Shown: positions 47,936 through 59,675, counted from the stretch's first letter. The stretch: DNA of 64,000 bases from an uncultured virus (IMG/VR IMGVR_UViG_2061766007_002858) (IMGVR_UViG_2061766007_002858), one strand, 5' to 3'. Numbers and translations: made by a program. Notes: generated by a model from the sequence alone, not told the origin.

Positions 47936-49969
47936 GTGAGTGATAACAGACAGCTGACCCTCGGCAGCCTCTTCGACGGCTCCGGGGGTTTTCCGTTGGG
48001 CGGCGTTCTCGCGGGCATCGCCCCGCTTTGGGCGTCTGAAATCGAACCGTTCCCGATCCGGGTCACCACCATGCGCCTGCCGGCGATGAAGCACTACGGC
48101 GACGTGTCCAGGTTGAACGGTGCGGAGCTGCCGCCCGTGGACATCATCACCTTCGGCAGTCCGTGCCAGGATATGTCCATCGCAGGCCGGCGCGCCGGGT
48201 TGGACGGCTCCCGCTCCGGCCTATTTCATGAGGCCATCCGTATCATCAAAGAAATGAGGTCATCGACCGATGGAAAATACCCCCGTTACATCGTCTGGGA
48301 GAATGTCCCGGGCGCTTTCAGCAGCAACGGCGGAGCCGATTTCCGCTCCGTCCTCGAAGAAGTCTGCCGGGTCAAAGACGGTGCGGCTGATGTCCCTCAG
48401 CCTGACAGATGGGAATCAGCTGGGCAGATCGTGGCGGAAAATTACTCAGTCGCATGGCGGGTACTTGACGCTCAGTACTGGGGAGTGCCCCAGAGAAGAA
48501 AACGAATCTACCTTATCGCAGATTTTGCTGGCCAGCGTGCCCCGGACATATTATTTAAGTCCGACGGCCTGTCTGGGTATTCTGCGGAGAGCGTCAGCGC
48601 GTGGCAAAGAACTGCCTGCCGTGCTGAAGAAGGCGTTGGATCGGCAGGCTGCGGCCTGACCTGGTGCCTGAATCCCCAGGGCTCCAGCGGCGTGTCCGTG
48701 ACGGAGGATCAGACCGGAACACTGGTGGCGCAGGATCACGGGCATCACCCTGCAGTGCTGCAGAGCGCTGGCTTTTGCACGGAGCATAGCGCAAAGGCGC
48801 GTTCTATCGGATACGAGGAAGAAACCTCTCCCACGCTTCGCGCCGGAGTCGTTCCCGCCACTGTGTATGAGAACCATGCCATGGACGCACGTTACAGAGG
48901 GCCGCTTGACGTGGCCCAGCCCGTGACCGCCACCTACGGCATGGGCGGCAACAACCAGCCGCTGGTGGTAGGCACNNNNNNNNNNNNCCGCTGCGGCAAG
49001 GAAGGCGGCGGCAAAGGGCCGCTGCTCCAGAAAGACAAATCCGCCACCCTCTCTACAAACAACGACCAGACCCTTTTCCAGCCTGTAGCGTCTGAACCGG
49101 AGTGCAAAGCCTACGGCATATGTTCCAAAGGCTCTCACGCCATGCTGTCAGATAATCCGAAAGCCGGGTTCTATGAAGCAAAGACCAGCAGGACACTGGA
49201 TCAGGGCGGCGGCAATCCCACCTGCAACCAGGGCGGCATCTGCGTCATCGCGCCCGATCCTAACGGAGCGGAAACCTACGATGTGCGCTTCACTTCCGAA
49301 GGATCGAAGGTGACGAGAGGCCATGTGTATCCGACAGATACGGCGCGGACGCTCGGGACGGACAAGCCCGATCCCGCAGGCAACCAGGGCGGCGTCGCCG
49401 TCGTGGAAAAGGACACGGCATACTCCCTCCAGGGCAGCATGATTGGCCGTACCGACGAGAACGGCCCTCAGGGAGATGGGATCAACGAGAATGTGTCTTT
49501 TACCCTCAACACCTGCGACAGGCACGCCGTAGCGCAGCCTACGTACTCAGCCACAGTGGGCAGTTTCATGACCTCCAGCGAGGAGACAGCCCAGACCCTT
49601 ATGGCGCGGGATTACAAGGATCCCCAGGTCGTGAACGACCCTCTTCCTGACGAACCCGCTTATATCGTGCGCAGGCTGACCCCGGTCGAATGCGCCCGTC
49701 TCCAGGGCTTTCCTGACTGGTGGTGCATGGGACTGGAGACGAAGAATCCCACGGAGGCGGATATCGCTTTCTGGACGGATGTGTTCGAGACCCACAGGCG
49801 CATCAACAATCCGGAAGGCAAGCCGAAAACCAGGATCCAGATCGAAAAATGGCTGCGGCATCCCCACACCGATTCTGCGGAGTACAAGCTCTGGGGCAAC
49901 GGGGTCTGCCTGAATATCGTGTATTTCGTCCTCTCCGGCATCGCCTGGGCTGATAGCCTGCCGGACTGA
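47936..49969 (+). CDS. Phage C5 DNA methyltransferase (allele 2)
   Basis: Colinear with 35515-37548, same motifs. Confidence 0.92.
   Translation: MSDNRQLTLGSLFDGSGGFPLGGVLAGIAPLWASEIEPFPIRVTTMRLPAMKHYGDVSRLNGAELPPVDIITFGSPCQDMSIAGRRAGLDGSRSGLFHEAIRIIKEMRSSTDGKYPRYIVWENVPGAFSSNGGADFRSVLEEVCRVKDGAADVPQPDRWESAGQIVAENYSVAWRVLDAQYWGVPQRRKRIYLIADFAGQRAPDILFKSDGLSGYSAESVSAWQRTACRAEEGVGSAGCGLTWCLNPQGSSGVSVTEDQTGTLVAQDHGHHPAVLQSAGFCTEHSAKARSIGYEEETSPTLRAGVVPATVYENHAMDARYRGPLDVAQPVTATYGMGGNNQPLVVGXXXXXRCGKEGGGKGPLLQKDKSATLSTNNDQTLFQPVASEPECKAYGICSKGSHAMLSDNPKAGFYEAKTSRTLDQGGGNPTCNQGGICVIAPDPNGAETYDVRFTSEGSKVTRGHVYPTDTARTLGTDKPDPAGNQGGVAVVEKDTAYSLQGSMIGRTDENGPQGDGINENVSFTLNTCDRHAVAQPTYSATVGSFMTSSEETAQTLMARDYKDPQVVNDPLPDEPAYIVRRLTPVECARLQGFPDWWCMGLETKNPTEADIAFWTDVFETHRRINNPEGKPKTRIQIEKWLRHPHTDSAEYKLWGNGVCLNIVYFVLSGIAWADSLPD
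48270..48659 (+). CDS. Overprinted +1-frame ORF, allele 2
   Basis: 129 aa; C-terminal portion nearly identical to allele 1. Confidence 0.75.
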   Translation: MENTPVTSSGRMSRALSAATAEPISAPSSKKSAGSKTVRLMSLSLTDGNQLGRSWRKITQSHGGYLTLSTGECPREENESTLSQILLASVPRTYYLSPTACLGILRRASARGKELPAVLKKALDRQAAA

Positions 49970-50083
49970 CGGAAGAACACACTTTGTTCGCCGAAATGTA
50001 TCAATCTGATCGTGGACTTTCAGGCCGAAAAGAGTGATATATGGTCATGCCGAAAGGCAAACGAAAGCAAGGAGGCATGAGCC

Positions 50084-51026
50084 ATGAGAATCCACTACAA
50101 CGTAACCGGAGAACAGCGCAAGGCGCTGGTGAAGGTCATCGCCGACACGATCGGCGCGAAGGTGGCCTACAAAGGAATGCCCACCGCTGCCTATGAGATC
50201 GACTGCTTCACCGTCACGAAGGATGGAACGCTGGAATTCAGCGACCGCTCAGACAGTAAAGAGGTCGAGGCGGTGCTTGAGGCGCTTGGCGCGGTAGGTT
50301 TCGAGGGCATCGGCGAAACGGCCGAGGCTCCGGAAGANNNNNNNNNNNNNNNNNNNNNNNNAGCCCCAGGAAGGCGGGAGCGCCGAAGAAAACACTAAAG
50401 GCGAAGAGAGCCGCGACACCGTTGAGTTGACGGTCACCCTGCCGATGGCGAGGCACACGGGCATGAGCCTGCGCAACCTCATCAACCTGCTTTACACCCG
50501 CGCGGGACTGCTCAACAGGGCGCTGGGAACAGCCTTCCGTGTAGACGAAGGGCTGGTCAAAGCCCTGCAGGACGATGCCAGCGTGCTTACGCTGGACCGC
50601 TTCTTTGAGACGGTGGAGGCTTACGAAAACAGGCACGGCAAGGCGGCGGACGGGCTGGTCATCGAGCCGGACAGGCTGACCTTCAGCACACTGCCGGAGA
50701 CGGATGACCCCGCTGTTCTGCGCGCCTTCACCACCCTCTGCGCCATGATGAACAAGCAGGCTATTACACAGCAGCGCATCCAGGCGAAGACAGCCGACGC
50801 CGAGAACGAAAAGTATGCCATGCGTATCTGGCTTCTGCGCCTGGGCATGAACGGTCCCGAGTACAAAGAGGAGCGCAGGATCCTGATGCGGAAACTTTCC
50901 GGCCACTGCGCCTTCCGCACCGATGATGACAGGCTGCGCTGGCAGGCGAAGCAGAACGAGAAGCGCGACGCCCTGAGGGCCGCAAAGCAGATCGTGGAGG
51001 TGAGCAGCGATGCGGATGCCGAGTAA
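50084..51026 (+). CDS. Conserved prophage protein, allele 2 (gap inside)
   Basis: Homologous to 37659-38609. Confidence 0.8.
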
Positions 51027-51237
51027 GGAAACCGTCGAAGCCCTCCGCAGGGCGTACCCCGTTGGCTGCACCGTGGAGCTGGTGCAGATGGACGACCCGC
51101 AGGCACCGCCGCCCGGCACCCTCGGAAAGGTGGTGGCGGTGGATGACATCGCCACGATTCACGTCGCCTGGAGCAACGGCTCCGGGCTGGGAATCGCCTT
51201 CGGACAGGACAGATGCAGGAGGGTCGACCATGACTGA
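51010..51237 (+). CDS. DUF4314 protein, allele 2
   Basis: As 38593-38820. Confidence 0.85.
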   Translation: MRMPSKETVEALRRAYPVGCTVELVQMDDPQAPPPGTLGKVVAVDDIATIHVAWSNGSGLGIAFGQDRCRRVDHD

Positions 51238-51427
51238 GAAAGTGCGTGATCAGATCCTCGCCATCCGCGACACTGGCCTCACGAACATGTTTGACCTGCA
51301 CATGGTGCAGCGGCTGGCATACGAGCGTGGATACTACGAGCTGGTCTGCTGGCTGGAGGAGCACAGGAAGGAATACGCGCGCTTCATCATGACGGGCGAA
51401 GCGGAACAGGAGGACGGCAATGGCTGA
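51230..51427 (+). CDS. DUF5049 protein, allele 2
   Basis: As 38813-39010. Confidence 0.85.
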   Translation: MTEKVRDQILAIRDTGLTNMFDLHMVQRLAYERGYYELVCWLEEHRKEYARFIMTGEAEQEDGNG

Positions 51428-51824
51428 AGAGATCAGAGTGCTGCTTGTAGAGCCAGGCAAACAGCCCAGGCTTGTGACGGTGGAACATACGCTGGAAAAC
51501 ATGCAGGCGCTGGTTGGTGGCTACATCGAGGCCGTCTACCCCTGGGACGACCCAGTCGGCGTCATTTGCGACGAGGACGGTATCGCCAACGGGAAGGAGC
51601 CTAACCGGCTGCTGGCGGACGAGGACGGCAACCCCTACGATGTTCTCAAAGGCACGTTCTTCATCTGCGGCCTGGGCGGAGAGGACTTCTGCAGCATCAG
51701 CGACGAGATGGCTGAGAAGTACACTGTGCGTTTCCGCTGGCCGGAGATGTTCGCCCGCACCCCGGACGGGCATGTCCTATGGATGAGGCTGGAACCCGGC
51801 GCGAAGCCCGGAATCATCTGTTGA
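51420..51824 (+). CDS. DUF3846 protein, allele 2
   Basis: As 39003-39407. Confidence 0.8.
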   Translation: MAEEIRVLLVEPGKQPRLVTVEHTLENMQALVGGYIEAVYPWDDPVGVICDEDGIANGKEPNRLLADEDGNPYDVLKGTFFICGLGGEDFCSISDEMAEKYTVRFRWPEMFARTPDGHVLWMRLEPGAKPGIIC

Positions 51825-51958
51825 AAAACGTCCGGGTTTGTTATCAGAAATGTATCAATATACCGGCCTCACATGCGTGGACTTATGCCCCGAAAGACGG
51901 TAATGTACGTACTGCCGAAGGGCACACAGACCACCGAAAAAGCAAGGAGGCAGCCGCC

Positions 51959-52395
51959 ATGAAGAGAGCCGAGCGCAACGAATTCAACTACATCAGGAGA
52001 TACGNNNNNNNNNNAAGATACGAAAAGCAGTTTGACCTGGGGTACGGAACGACCCTGACCATCCGCACGGATGGGAGCCCCGAATACAAGCATGCCCTGC
52101 ACGACCTTTACACCGGCTGGGGNNNNNNNNNNAAAAGCAGTTTGACCTGGGTTACGGAACGACCCTGACCATCCGAACGGACGGGAGCCCCGAATACAAG
52201 CATGCCCTGCACGACCTTTACACCGGCTGGGGATTCCACCCTGCCAGCGTCCGGGTGGACAGGAGCATGTACGACGATAAGGAGCGCATCATTTACATCT
52301 ACGGGCTGACCTTCGACCTGCGCGGCGAGGAGCATCCCTGGACAGAGCTTTACACCGCCGAGGAGAGGGCACGCTTTGAAGCGGCCCTCGGCTGA
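51959..52395 (+). CDS. Accessory hypothetical protein (MKRAERNEFNY...), fragmented by gaps
   Basis: AAGGAGG SD after a promoter repeat; same start seen at 39541 and 39684. Confidence 0.7.
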
Positions 52396-52410
52396 AGGGA
52401 GGGCGCCGAA

Positions 52411-52689
52411 ATGACGATCGCTGAGATCAACATCGCCTGCGCGCTGAACCACATCGAGACGCTCCGCAGGCATGGAGCCCAGGTGACGGGCCCAGACGGG
52501 CAGCGCGTCGAGCTGAACAGCTTCTTCTGGGGCAAGGCGATGGACGCCTGCATGCTGGGCGACTGCAGCGCCATCTGCTACGACCTTTTCCTGCCGGGGA
52601 TTGAGGAACCGCTGCTCATCGCCATCCACCGCGACGGCAGGGTTGATTCCGGCAGCGCGGAAAACGTGATGCGATGCCTCGACCATTGA
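52411..52689 (+). CDS. Accessory hypothetical protein
   Basis: SD; allele at 41566. Confidence 0.75.
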   Translation: MTIAEINIACALNHIETLRRHGAQVTGPDGQRVELNSFFWGKAMDACMLGDCSAICYDLFLPGIEEPLLIAIHRDGRVDSGSAENVMRCLDH

Positions 52690-52888
52690 CGGAACCAGGC
52701 AGCGGATAGAGGAAACGGGCTGGGCGACCGGCCCCTTTTCTCTGTCCACCGCATGAAAGAGTTATCTGTTTTGTATCAATATATCTGCCTCACAGGCGTG
52801 GACTTATCCCTCAAAAGACGGTAATGTACGTACTGCAAGGAGCGAAGAAAAGCCTTGCGGCACAAGGATTTTGAAGGAGGAAACCACG

Positions 52889-53161
52889 ATGACGATTGAA
52901 AAGGCCATGAGAACCTACCGCCTGCCGAACCCCACCACCCCGGAAGACCTCGCCTGCGGATGGAGCAAGACGCTGACCTTTGGCGACAGGATTCTGGTCG
53001 CCGGCCATTACTACCAGCACAACAGGCCCTGCTACTACGGCGCGGTGTACGAGTTCCTGAGCGACGACCACACCTGCGAGGGCGCCATCGGGCTGGTGGC
53101 GGCAAGCGAGGTGGAATTCGAGGACGACGGCCACGCGATTGCTTGGGCGATGGCGCAGTAA
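52889..53161 (+). CDS. Accessory hypothetical protein
   Basis: AAGGAGG SD after a promoter repeat; 'FEDDGHAIAWAM'. Confidence 0.75.
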   Translation: MTIEKAMRTYRLPNPTTPEDLACGWSKTLTFGDRILVAGHYYQHNRPCYYGAVYEFLSDDHTCEGAIGLVAASEVEFEDDGHAIAWAMAQ

Positions 53162-53174
53162 GGAGGGCAAAACG

Positions 53175-53846
53175 ATGCTGAGCAGAGGAAACGCGGTTTT
53201 TGAGGAAATGCAACGCGTCGGGCACGAATGGGAAAAGGCCCGCGAGGAGCGCAGGCGGCGCAANNNNNNNNNNACGGTTTTTGAGGAAATGCAGCGCGTC
53301 GGGCACGAATGGGAAAAGGCCCGCGAGGAGCGCAGGCGGCGCAAGCAGGAGATCATCGACACGAAGGGCTGGGAAAGCGAAGAGCTGAAAGCCTGNNNNN
53401 NNNNNTACCGCATCGGCCACGACTGGGAAAAAGCCCGCGAGGAGCGCAGACAGCGCAAACAGGAGATCATCGACACGAAGGGCTGGGACAGCGAAGAGCT
53501 GAAAGCCTGGTACGTCGAGGACGAGGCGGCGAAGTTCCCCTTCAGCCATGGAGCCAACAAGGCATACCGCGCCTGGGCGTCCAGCGTCGGCCGCCGGGAG
53601 GACGAGGTGGAAATGGACGATTTCCTCTGGGACAGGGAGGTTTCCGATTTTGTGGATACCCTGCGCAGAGCCGGATTTGCCACCTTCGTTTATACCAACC
53701 AGTCTACGGCGGTGATGGAGAACCTCCACCGGTTCGCCGCGGAGGGCTGCAGGATGGAAGGGCTTTGCACTGTCACCCGCCGCGAGAACCGCTGGGGCGA
53801 AGAGGAGCCTGTCGAGGTCATGGGCATACGATTTTCCCTGGGATGA
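53175..53846 (+). CDS. Accessory hypothetical protein (N-terminus triplicated by assembly)
   Basis: AAGGAGG SD; 'FVYTNQSTAVMENL...GCRMEGLCTV'. Confidence 0.7.
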   Translation: MLSRGNAVFEEMQRVGHEWEKAREERRRRXXXXTVFEEMQRVGHEWEKAREERRRRKQEIIDTKGWESEELKAXXXXYRIGHDWEKAREERRQRKQEIIDTKGWDSEELKAWYVEDEAAKFPFSHGANKAYRAWASSVGRREDEVEMDDFLWDREVSDFVDTLRRAGFATFVYTNQSTAVMENLHRFAAEGCRMEGLCTVTRRENRWGEEEPVEVMGIRFSLG

Positions 53847-53963
53847 AATGACACACATAGTTATCAATTTATATCGCGCACAGGCGTGGACTTATCCCTC
53901 AAAAGACGGTAATGTACGTACTGCCGAAGGGCAAAGAACACACCGAAAGCGAGGAACAAAACC

Positions 53964-54287
53964 ATGATGAACGCCTACTCCCTGAGAAACCACTTCACCC
54001 TGGGCAACTACAACACCACGATCACCCGCGCCGAATTCGAGCGCAGCTTCACGAAAACGAAGGAGAGCGTGACATTCACCTTCATGGGCTGGGACGGCAA
54101 GAGCTACGACGGCGAAAGCCGCAAGGCGCGGGTCCTGCGCAGCAACATTCCCGGCTACGAGAGTGTCCGCTTCATCAAGGTCGGCAAGAGCCTGCACTAC
54201 ATCATGGAAGATGAGCTGAGGGTGGAAAAGGCCACCGGCGAGAGCCATCCCGAAGCCAGCTGGCTGGTGGATGTTGAGAGAGCCTGA
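53964..54287 (+). CDS. Accessory hypothetical protein
   Basis: GAGGA SD after a promoter repeat. Confidence 0.75.
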   Translation: MMNAYSLRNHFTLGNYNTTITRAEFERSFTKTKESVTFTFMGWDGKSYDGESRKARVLRSNIPGYESVRFIKVGKSLHYIMEDELRVEKATGESHPEASWLVDVERA

Positions 54288-54302
54288 CAGGAGGAAAACG
54301 CC

Positions 54303-54644
54303 ATGAAGTTTGCGAGAGATGACGTTCAGACTACATACTGCGGTGAAGACCCCATCGACAGGAACGACCCGGAAGGCGCGAAGACCGCCATCGAGCTGAC
54401 GCTGCCCACCGGCTTTTCCGAAAAGGCGTGGGCCTGCTGGGATTACTTTGACGGCACCGCCTTCCTGTACGAATACAAGGGCCGCCTGGTGGTGACGGAC
54501 GAGAGCCTTTACCTGACCGTCCACGGCGACGGCACGATGGACGCGCCGCTGGGATTCCCGCGCTGGGAATGTTATTCCTGGGAGGAGCTGGAGAAAATCC
54601 TGGAAACCACCTACGACGAGTTGGCTGAAGAAGATCTGATCTGA
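54303..54644 (+). CDS. Accessory acidic hypothetical protein
   Basis: AGGAGG SD; D/E-rich. Confidence 0.75.
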   Translation: MKFARDDVQTTYCGEDPIDRNDPEGAKTAIELTLPTGFSEKAWACWDYFDGTAFLYEYKGRLVVTDESLYLTVHGDGTMDAPLGFPRWECYSWEELEKILETTYDELAEEDLI

Positions 54645-54747
54645 TCCCCGTGTAAACAGCATATTGCCGGGAGCAGCCCAAGGAGGGCTGTATCTCGTAC
54701 TGAAAGACCGCGAAGGTCTTATTTTTTTGCCCGAGGAGGTGAGAAAC

Positions 54748-55976
54748 ACGAAAAAGCTGAAACGCTACAAGCCTACGGCCTTCAAGGCGAAAGACAGCCA
54801 TTACGACAAGGCCGCCGCGGATTTCGCCGTGGCTTTCATTGAAAACTTGTGCCACACCAAGGGTACCTGGGCGGGAAAGCCATTCCTTCTGCTGGACTGG
54901 CAGGAACAGATCATACGGGATCTGTTCGGCATTCTGAAGCCCAATGGATATCGGCAGTTCAACACCGCCTATGTGGAGATCCCGAAGAAGAACGGAAAGA
55001 GCGAGCTGGCTGCGGCCATTGCTCTTTTGCTTTGCTGCGGTGACGGCGAAGAGCGCGCCGAGGTCTACGGCTGCGCCGCCGACCGTCAGCAGGCCAGCAT
55101 CGTGTTCGAGGTGGCCGCCGACATGGTGCGGATGTGTCCGGCGCTCAGCAAGCGCGTGAAGATNNNNNNNNNNNNNNNNNNNNNNNNNNNNNNNNNNNNN
55201 NNNNNNNNNNNNNNNNNNNNNNNNNNNNNNNNNNNNNNNNNNNNNNNNNNNNNNNNNNNNNNNNNNNNNNNNNNNNNNNNNNNNNNNNNNNNNNNNNNNN
55301 NNNNNNNNNNNNNNNNNNNNNNNNNNNNNNNNNNNNNNNNNNNNNNNNNNNNNNNNNNNNNNNNNNNNNNNNNNNNNNNNNNNNNNNNNNNNNNNNNNNN
55401 NNNNNNNNNNNNNNNNNNNNNNNNNNNNNNNNNNNNNNNNNNNNNNNNNNNNNNNNNNNNNNNNNNNNNNNNNNNNNNNNNNNNNNNNNNNNNNNNNNNN
55501 NNNNNNNNNNNNNNNNNNNNNNNNNCCAGGGACACCTCATGACGACCGAGGGCAATGTGATCCATTACGGGTTTATAGAACAGTTTATCGGCAGGCTGGG
55601 CGAGCGGTTCAACATCCGCGATATCGCCTTTGACCGCTGGGGCGCTGTCCAGATGGTGCAGAACCTGGAGGGCATGGGCTTCACCGTGGTTCCCTTCGGG
55701 CAGGGCTTTAAGGATATGTCCCCGCCAACGAAAGAACTGATGAAGCTGGTGCTGGAGAAGCGGATCGCACATGGAGGTCACCCGGTACTGCGCTGGATGA
55801 TGGACAACATCTATATCCGTACCGATCCTGCTGGAAATATCAAGGCGGACAAGGAAAAGAGCACCGAAAAGATAGACGGCGCGGTAGCCACTATCATGGG
55901 CCTGGACCGCGCCATCCGCTGCGGGAATGATACACAGGAAAGCGTGTATAACGAACGCGGCATTCTGTTTCTATGA
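54748..55976 (+). CDS. terL: Terminase large subunit (central gap; second 3' allele 56016-56301)
   Basis: KKLKRYKPT, LLDWQ, EIPKKNGKS, AFDRWGA, EKIDGAVA. Confidence 0.92.
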
Positions 55977-56423
55977 CGGAGGGATGATTCATGGGAAAAC
56001 TGTCGNNNNNNNNNNCCCCTTCGGGCAAGGTTTTAAGGACATGTCCCCGCCCACGAAAGAGCTGATGAAGCTGGTGCTGGAGAAGCGGATCGCTCACGGC
56101 GGGCATCCGGTGCTGCGGTGGATGATGGACAACATATACATCCGCACCGATCCCGCCGGGAACATCAAGGCTGATAAAGAGAAATCCACGGAGAAAATCG
56201 ACGGCGCGGTGGCCACTATCATGGGCCTGGACCGCGCCATCCGCTGCGGGAATGATACGCAGGAAAGCGTGTATAACGACCGCGGCATTCTGTTTTTATA
56301 ACGGAGGGATGATTCATGGGAAAACTGTCGAGCCTGTTTCATATCAGGGANNNNNNNNNNCGATACAAAGGAAAGCGTGTACAACGACCGCGGCATTTTG
56401 TTTTTATGACGGAGGGATGATTC

Positions 56424-58390
56424 ATGGGAAAACTGTCGAGCCTGTTTCACATAAGGGATAAGCCTCAGAACCGCACAGTCGGCAGCGGCTATGCCTTCTA
56501 CATGGGCGGCACCACATCCGGCAAAGTTGTGACGGAGCGCTCCGCCATGCAGATGACGGCGGTGTATTCCTGCGTGCGAATCCTTGCTGAGGCTGTCGCG
56601 GGATTGCCGCTGCACCTGTACCGGTACCGCGATGACGGCGGGAAGGAAAAGNNNNNNNNNNTGGCAGCGGCTATGCCTTCTACATGGGCGGCACCACATC
56701 AGGCAAGGTCGTGACGGAACGCTCCGCCATGCAGATGACAGCGGTGTATTCCTGCGTACGGATTCTGGCTGAAGCTATCGCGGGATTACCGCTGCACCTG
56801 TACCGGTACCGTGATGACGGAGGTAAGGAGAAAGCCATCGACCATCCACTGTACCTGCTGCTGCATGACGAGCCGAATCCGGAGATGAGTTCATTCGTCT
56901 TCCGTGAGACGCTCATGACGCACCTGCTCCTATGGGGCAACGCCTATGCGCAAATCATACGCAACGGCAAAGGCGAAGTGGTGGCGCTGTATCCCCTGAT
57001 GCCCAACAANNNNNNNNNNTTCGTCTTCCGGGAGACGCTTATGACGCACCTGCTTCTGTGGGGTAACGCCTACGCGCAGATCATCCGAAATGGCAAAGGC
57101 GAGGTAGTGGCGCTGTATCCCCTGATGCCCAACAAAATGTCGGTGGATCGTGATGCGGACGGCCGCTTGTACTACACCTATCAGCGGTCCAGCGAGGAAG
57201 CGCCCATCGCGGAAGGCTCAAAGGTCATCCTGTCGCCAAAGGATGTGCTGCACATCCCCGGCCTGGGCTTTGACGGGCTTGTGGGCTACAGCCCCATTGC
57301 CATGGCGAAAAACGCCATCGGCCTGGCCATCGCTACGGAGGAGTACGGCTCCAAGTTCTTCGCCAACGGCGCTACACCCAGCGGCATCCTGGAATATCCG
57401 GGGACGGTAAAGGATCCGGAGAAGGTCAGGGACAGCTGGACGCGGGGCTTTTCCGGCAGCGGCAACGCGCATAAGGTGGCTGTGCTTGAGGAGGGCATGA
57501 AATACACGCCCATCTCCATTTCCCCGGAGCAGGCGCAGTTCCTGGAGACCAGGAAGTTTCAGATCAACGAAATCGCCCGTATTTTCCGGGTGCCGCCCCA
57601 CATGGTGGGCGACCTGGACAAATCGAGCTTCTCCAATATCGAGCAGCAGTCGCTGGAATTCGTGAAATACACCCTCGATCCNNNNNNNNNNAGGCATGAA
57701 GTACACGCCCATCTCTATCGCCCCGGAGCAGGCGCAGTTCCTGGAAACAAGAAAATTTCAGATCAACGAGATCGCCCGCATCTTCCGGGTGCCGCCGCAC
57801 ATGGTTGGCGACCTGGACAAATCGAGCTTTTCCAATATCGAGCAGCAGTCGCTGGAATTCGTGAAATACACCCTTGATCCATGGGTTGTGCGCTGGGAGC
57901 AGTCCATCCAGCGCACACTTCTGCAGGACGAGGAGAAGACACGGTATTTTGTGAAGTTCAACCTGGAAGGCCTGCTGCGCGGCGATTACCAGAGCCGCAT
58001 GAACGGATACGCCNNNNNNNNNNATGGGTGGTGCGCTGGGAACAGTCCATTCAGCGCACGCTCCTGCAGGATGAGGAGAAGGCGCGGTATTTCGTGAAAT
58101 TCAACCTGGAAGGCCTGCTGCGCGGCGATTACCAGAGCCGCATGAACGGGTACGCCACGGCGAGGCAGAACGGATGGATGTCGGCCAACGACATCCGGGA
58201 ACTGGAGAACCTCGACCGCATCCCGCCCGAGAGCGGAGGCGACCTGTATCTTATCAACGGCAACATGCTCCCGCTCAACAGGGCGGGCGCTTTTGCGAAT
58301 ACGACGGAAAAGGAGGACACCGATTCTGATGAAAGCACAGAAGAAGTTCTGGCGGTGGAAGAATCAGGCGGACGGAGAAGAGGCCGCTGA
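56424..58390 (+). CDS. HK97-family portal protein (overlapping allelic pieces)
   Basis: AVYSCVRILAE, PNPEMS, LLLWGNAY, FFANGA.P, IARIFRVPP, SNIEQQ. Confidence 0.92.
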
Positions 58391-59157
58391 GCGCGTACTG
58401 GAGCTCTACGGCACCATCGCCGAGGAAAGCTGGTTCGACGACGATATCACCCCGGCGCAGTTCCGTGACGAGCTGTTTTCCGGCACGGGAGACGTCGTCA
58501 TCTGGCTGAACTCGCCCGGCGGGGACTGCGTGGCCGCCAGCCAGATATATGCCATGCTTATGGATTACCCCGGTAATGTGACCGTGAAGATCGACGGCAT
58601 CGCCGCGTCGGCGGCGTCTGTCATCGCCATGGCGGGCACTACCGTTCTCATGGCACCGACGGCCATGATGATGATTCACAATCCGGCCACGATTGCCATG
58701 GGCGACCATGAGGATATGCGCAAGGCCATCGAGATGCTGGACGAAGTGAAGGAAAGCATCATCAACGCCTATGAGATTAGAACCGGACTCAGCCGGGCGA
58801 AAATCTCCCACATGATGGATGCCACCACATGGATGAACGCCAACAAAGCCATCGAACTGGGCTTTGTGGATGATATCCTGACGGACGAAAAGCTGAACAC
58901 CGATATGCCGGCTTTCGCTTTTTCNNNNNNNNNNTCTGACGGACGAAAAGCTGAACACCGATATACCGGCTTTCGCTTTTTCGGACAGCGCTGTGGAGCG
59001 GACGCTCATCAACAAGCTGACGGCTAAGGCTATGCCGGTTGATCCGGAAAAAATGCATGCGCCGGTTCAGCCCAAACCGGAAGAACCCACCATTCCCCAG
59101 GGGCGGCGCGTCGACGATCTCAAAGCCCGCCTCATGACCATCAAAAACTATATGTGA
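58329..59157 (+). CDS. ClpP-type prohead maturation protease
   Basis: LNSPGGD, IAASAASVI, MMIHNP, AIELGFVD. Confidence 0.92.
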
Positions 59158-59675
59158 CAGGAGGAATTGTCTATGACCATCGTTGAAATNNNNNNNNNNT
59201 GGACAATCCGAGGGAATCACATGAGCCAGTCACGCCGAAAACGGAAACACAGGTTCCGGAAGAAATCACTATTCCCCAGGGGCGGCGCGTTGANNNNNNN
59301 NNNAGAAAAAACGCCTGTGCCGGTTCAGCCAGTACCGGAAGAATCCACCATTCCCCAGGGACGGCGCGTTGATGATCTCAAAGCCCGTCTCATGACCATC
59401 AAAAACTATATGTGACAGGAGGAATTGTCTATGAACATCGTTGAAATGCGCGAAAAGCGCGCTAAGCTCTGGGCCACCATGGAAGGCTTTCTGGACACCC
59501 ATCGCAATGAAAANNNNNNNNNNGGGACAATCCGAGGGAATCACCTGAGCCAGCCACGCCGAAAACAGAAACACAGGTTCCGGAAGAAATCACTATTCCC
59601 CAGGGGCGGCGCGTTGACGATCTCAAAGCCCGTCTCATGACTATCAAAAACTATATGTGACAGGAGGAAATGTCT

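Larger units (their letters stand above)
37576..53935 (+). repeat. Dispersed promoter-like repeat, 8 copies at about 4 distinct loci
   Basis: CGTGGACTT...AGA(CGGTAATGT/GTGAT); TGGACT at 37589, 39461, 39604, 41955, 50013, 51878, 52799, 53887. Confidence 0.8.

Noticed and set aside
47772..51824. Real tandem duplication of the MTase module
   Set aside because: Gap-bounded, colinear and diverged; better explained as a second variant, though not excluded without long reads
53175..53500. Internal protein repeat 'GHEWEKAREERRRRK'
   Set aside because: Each copy sits on a separate gap-bounded fragment; allelic overlap
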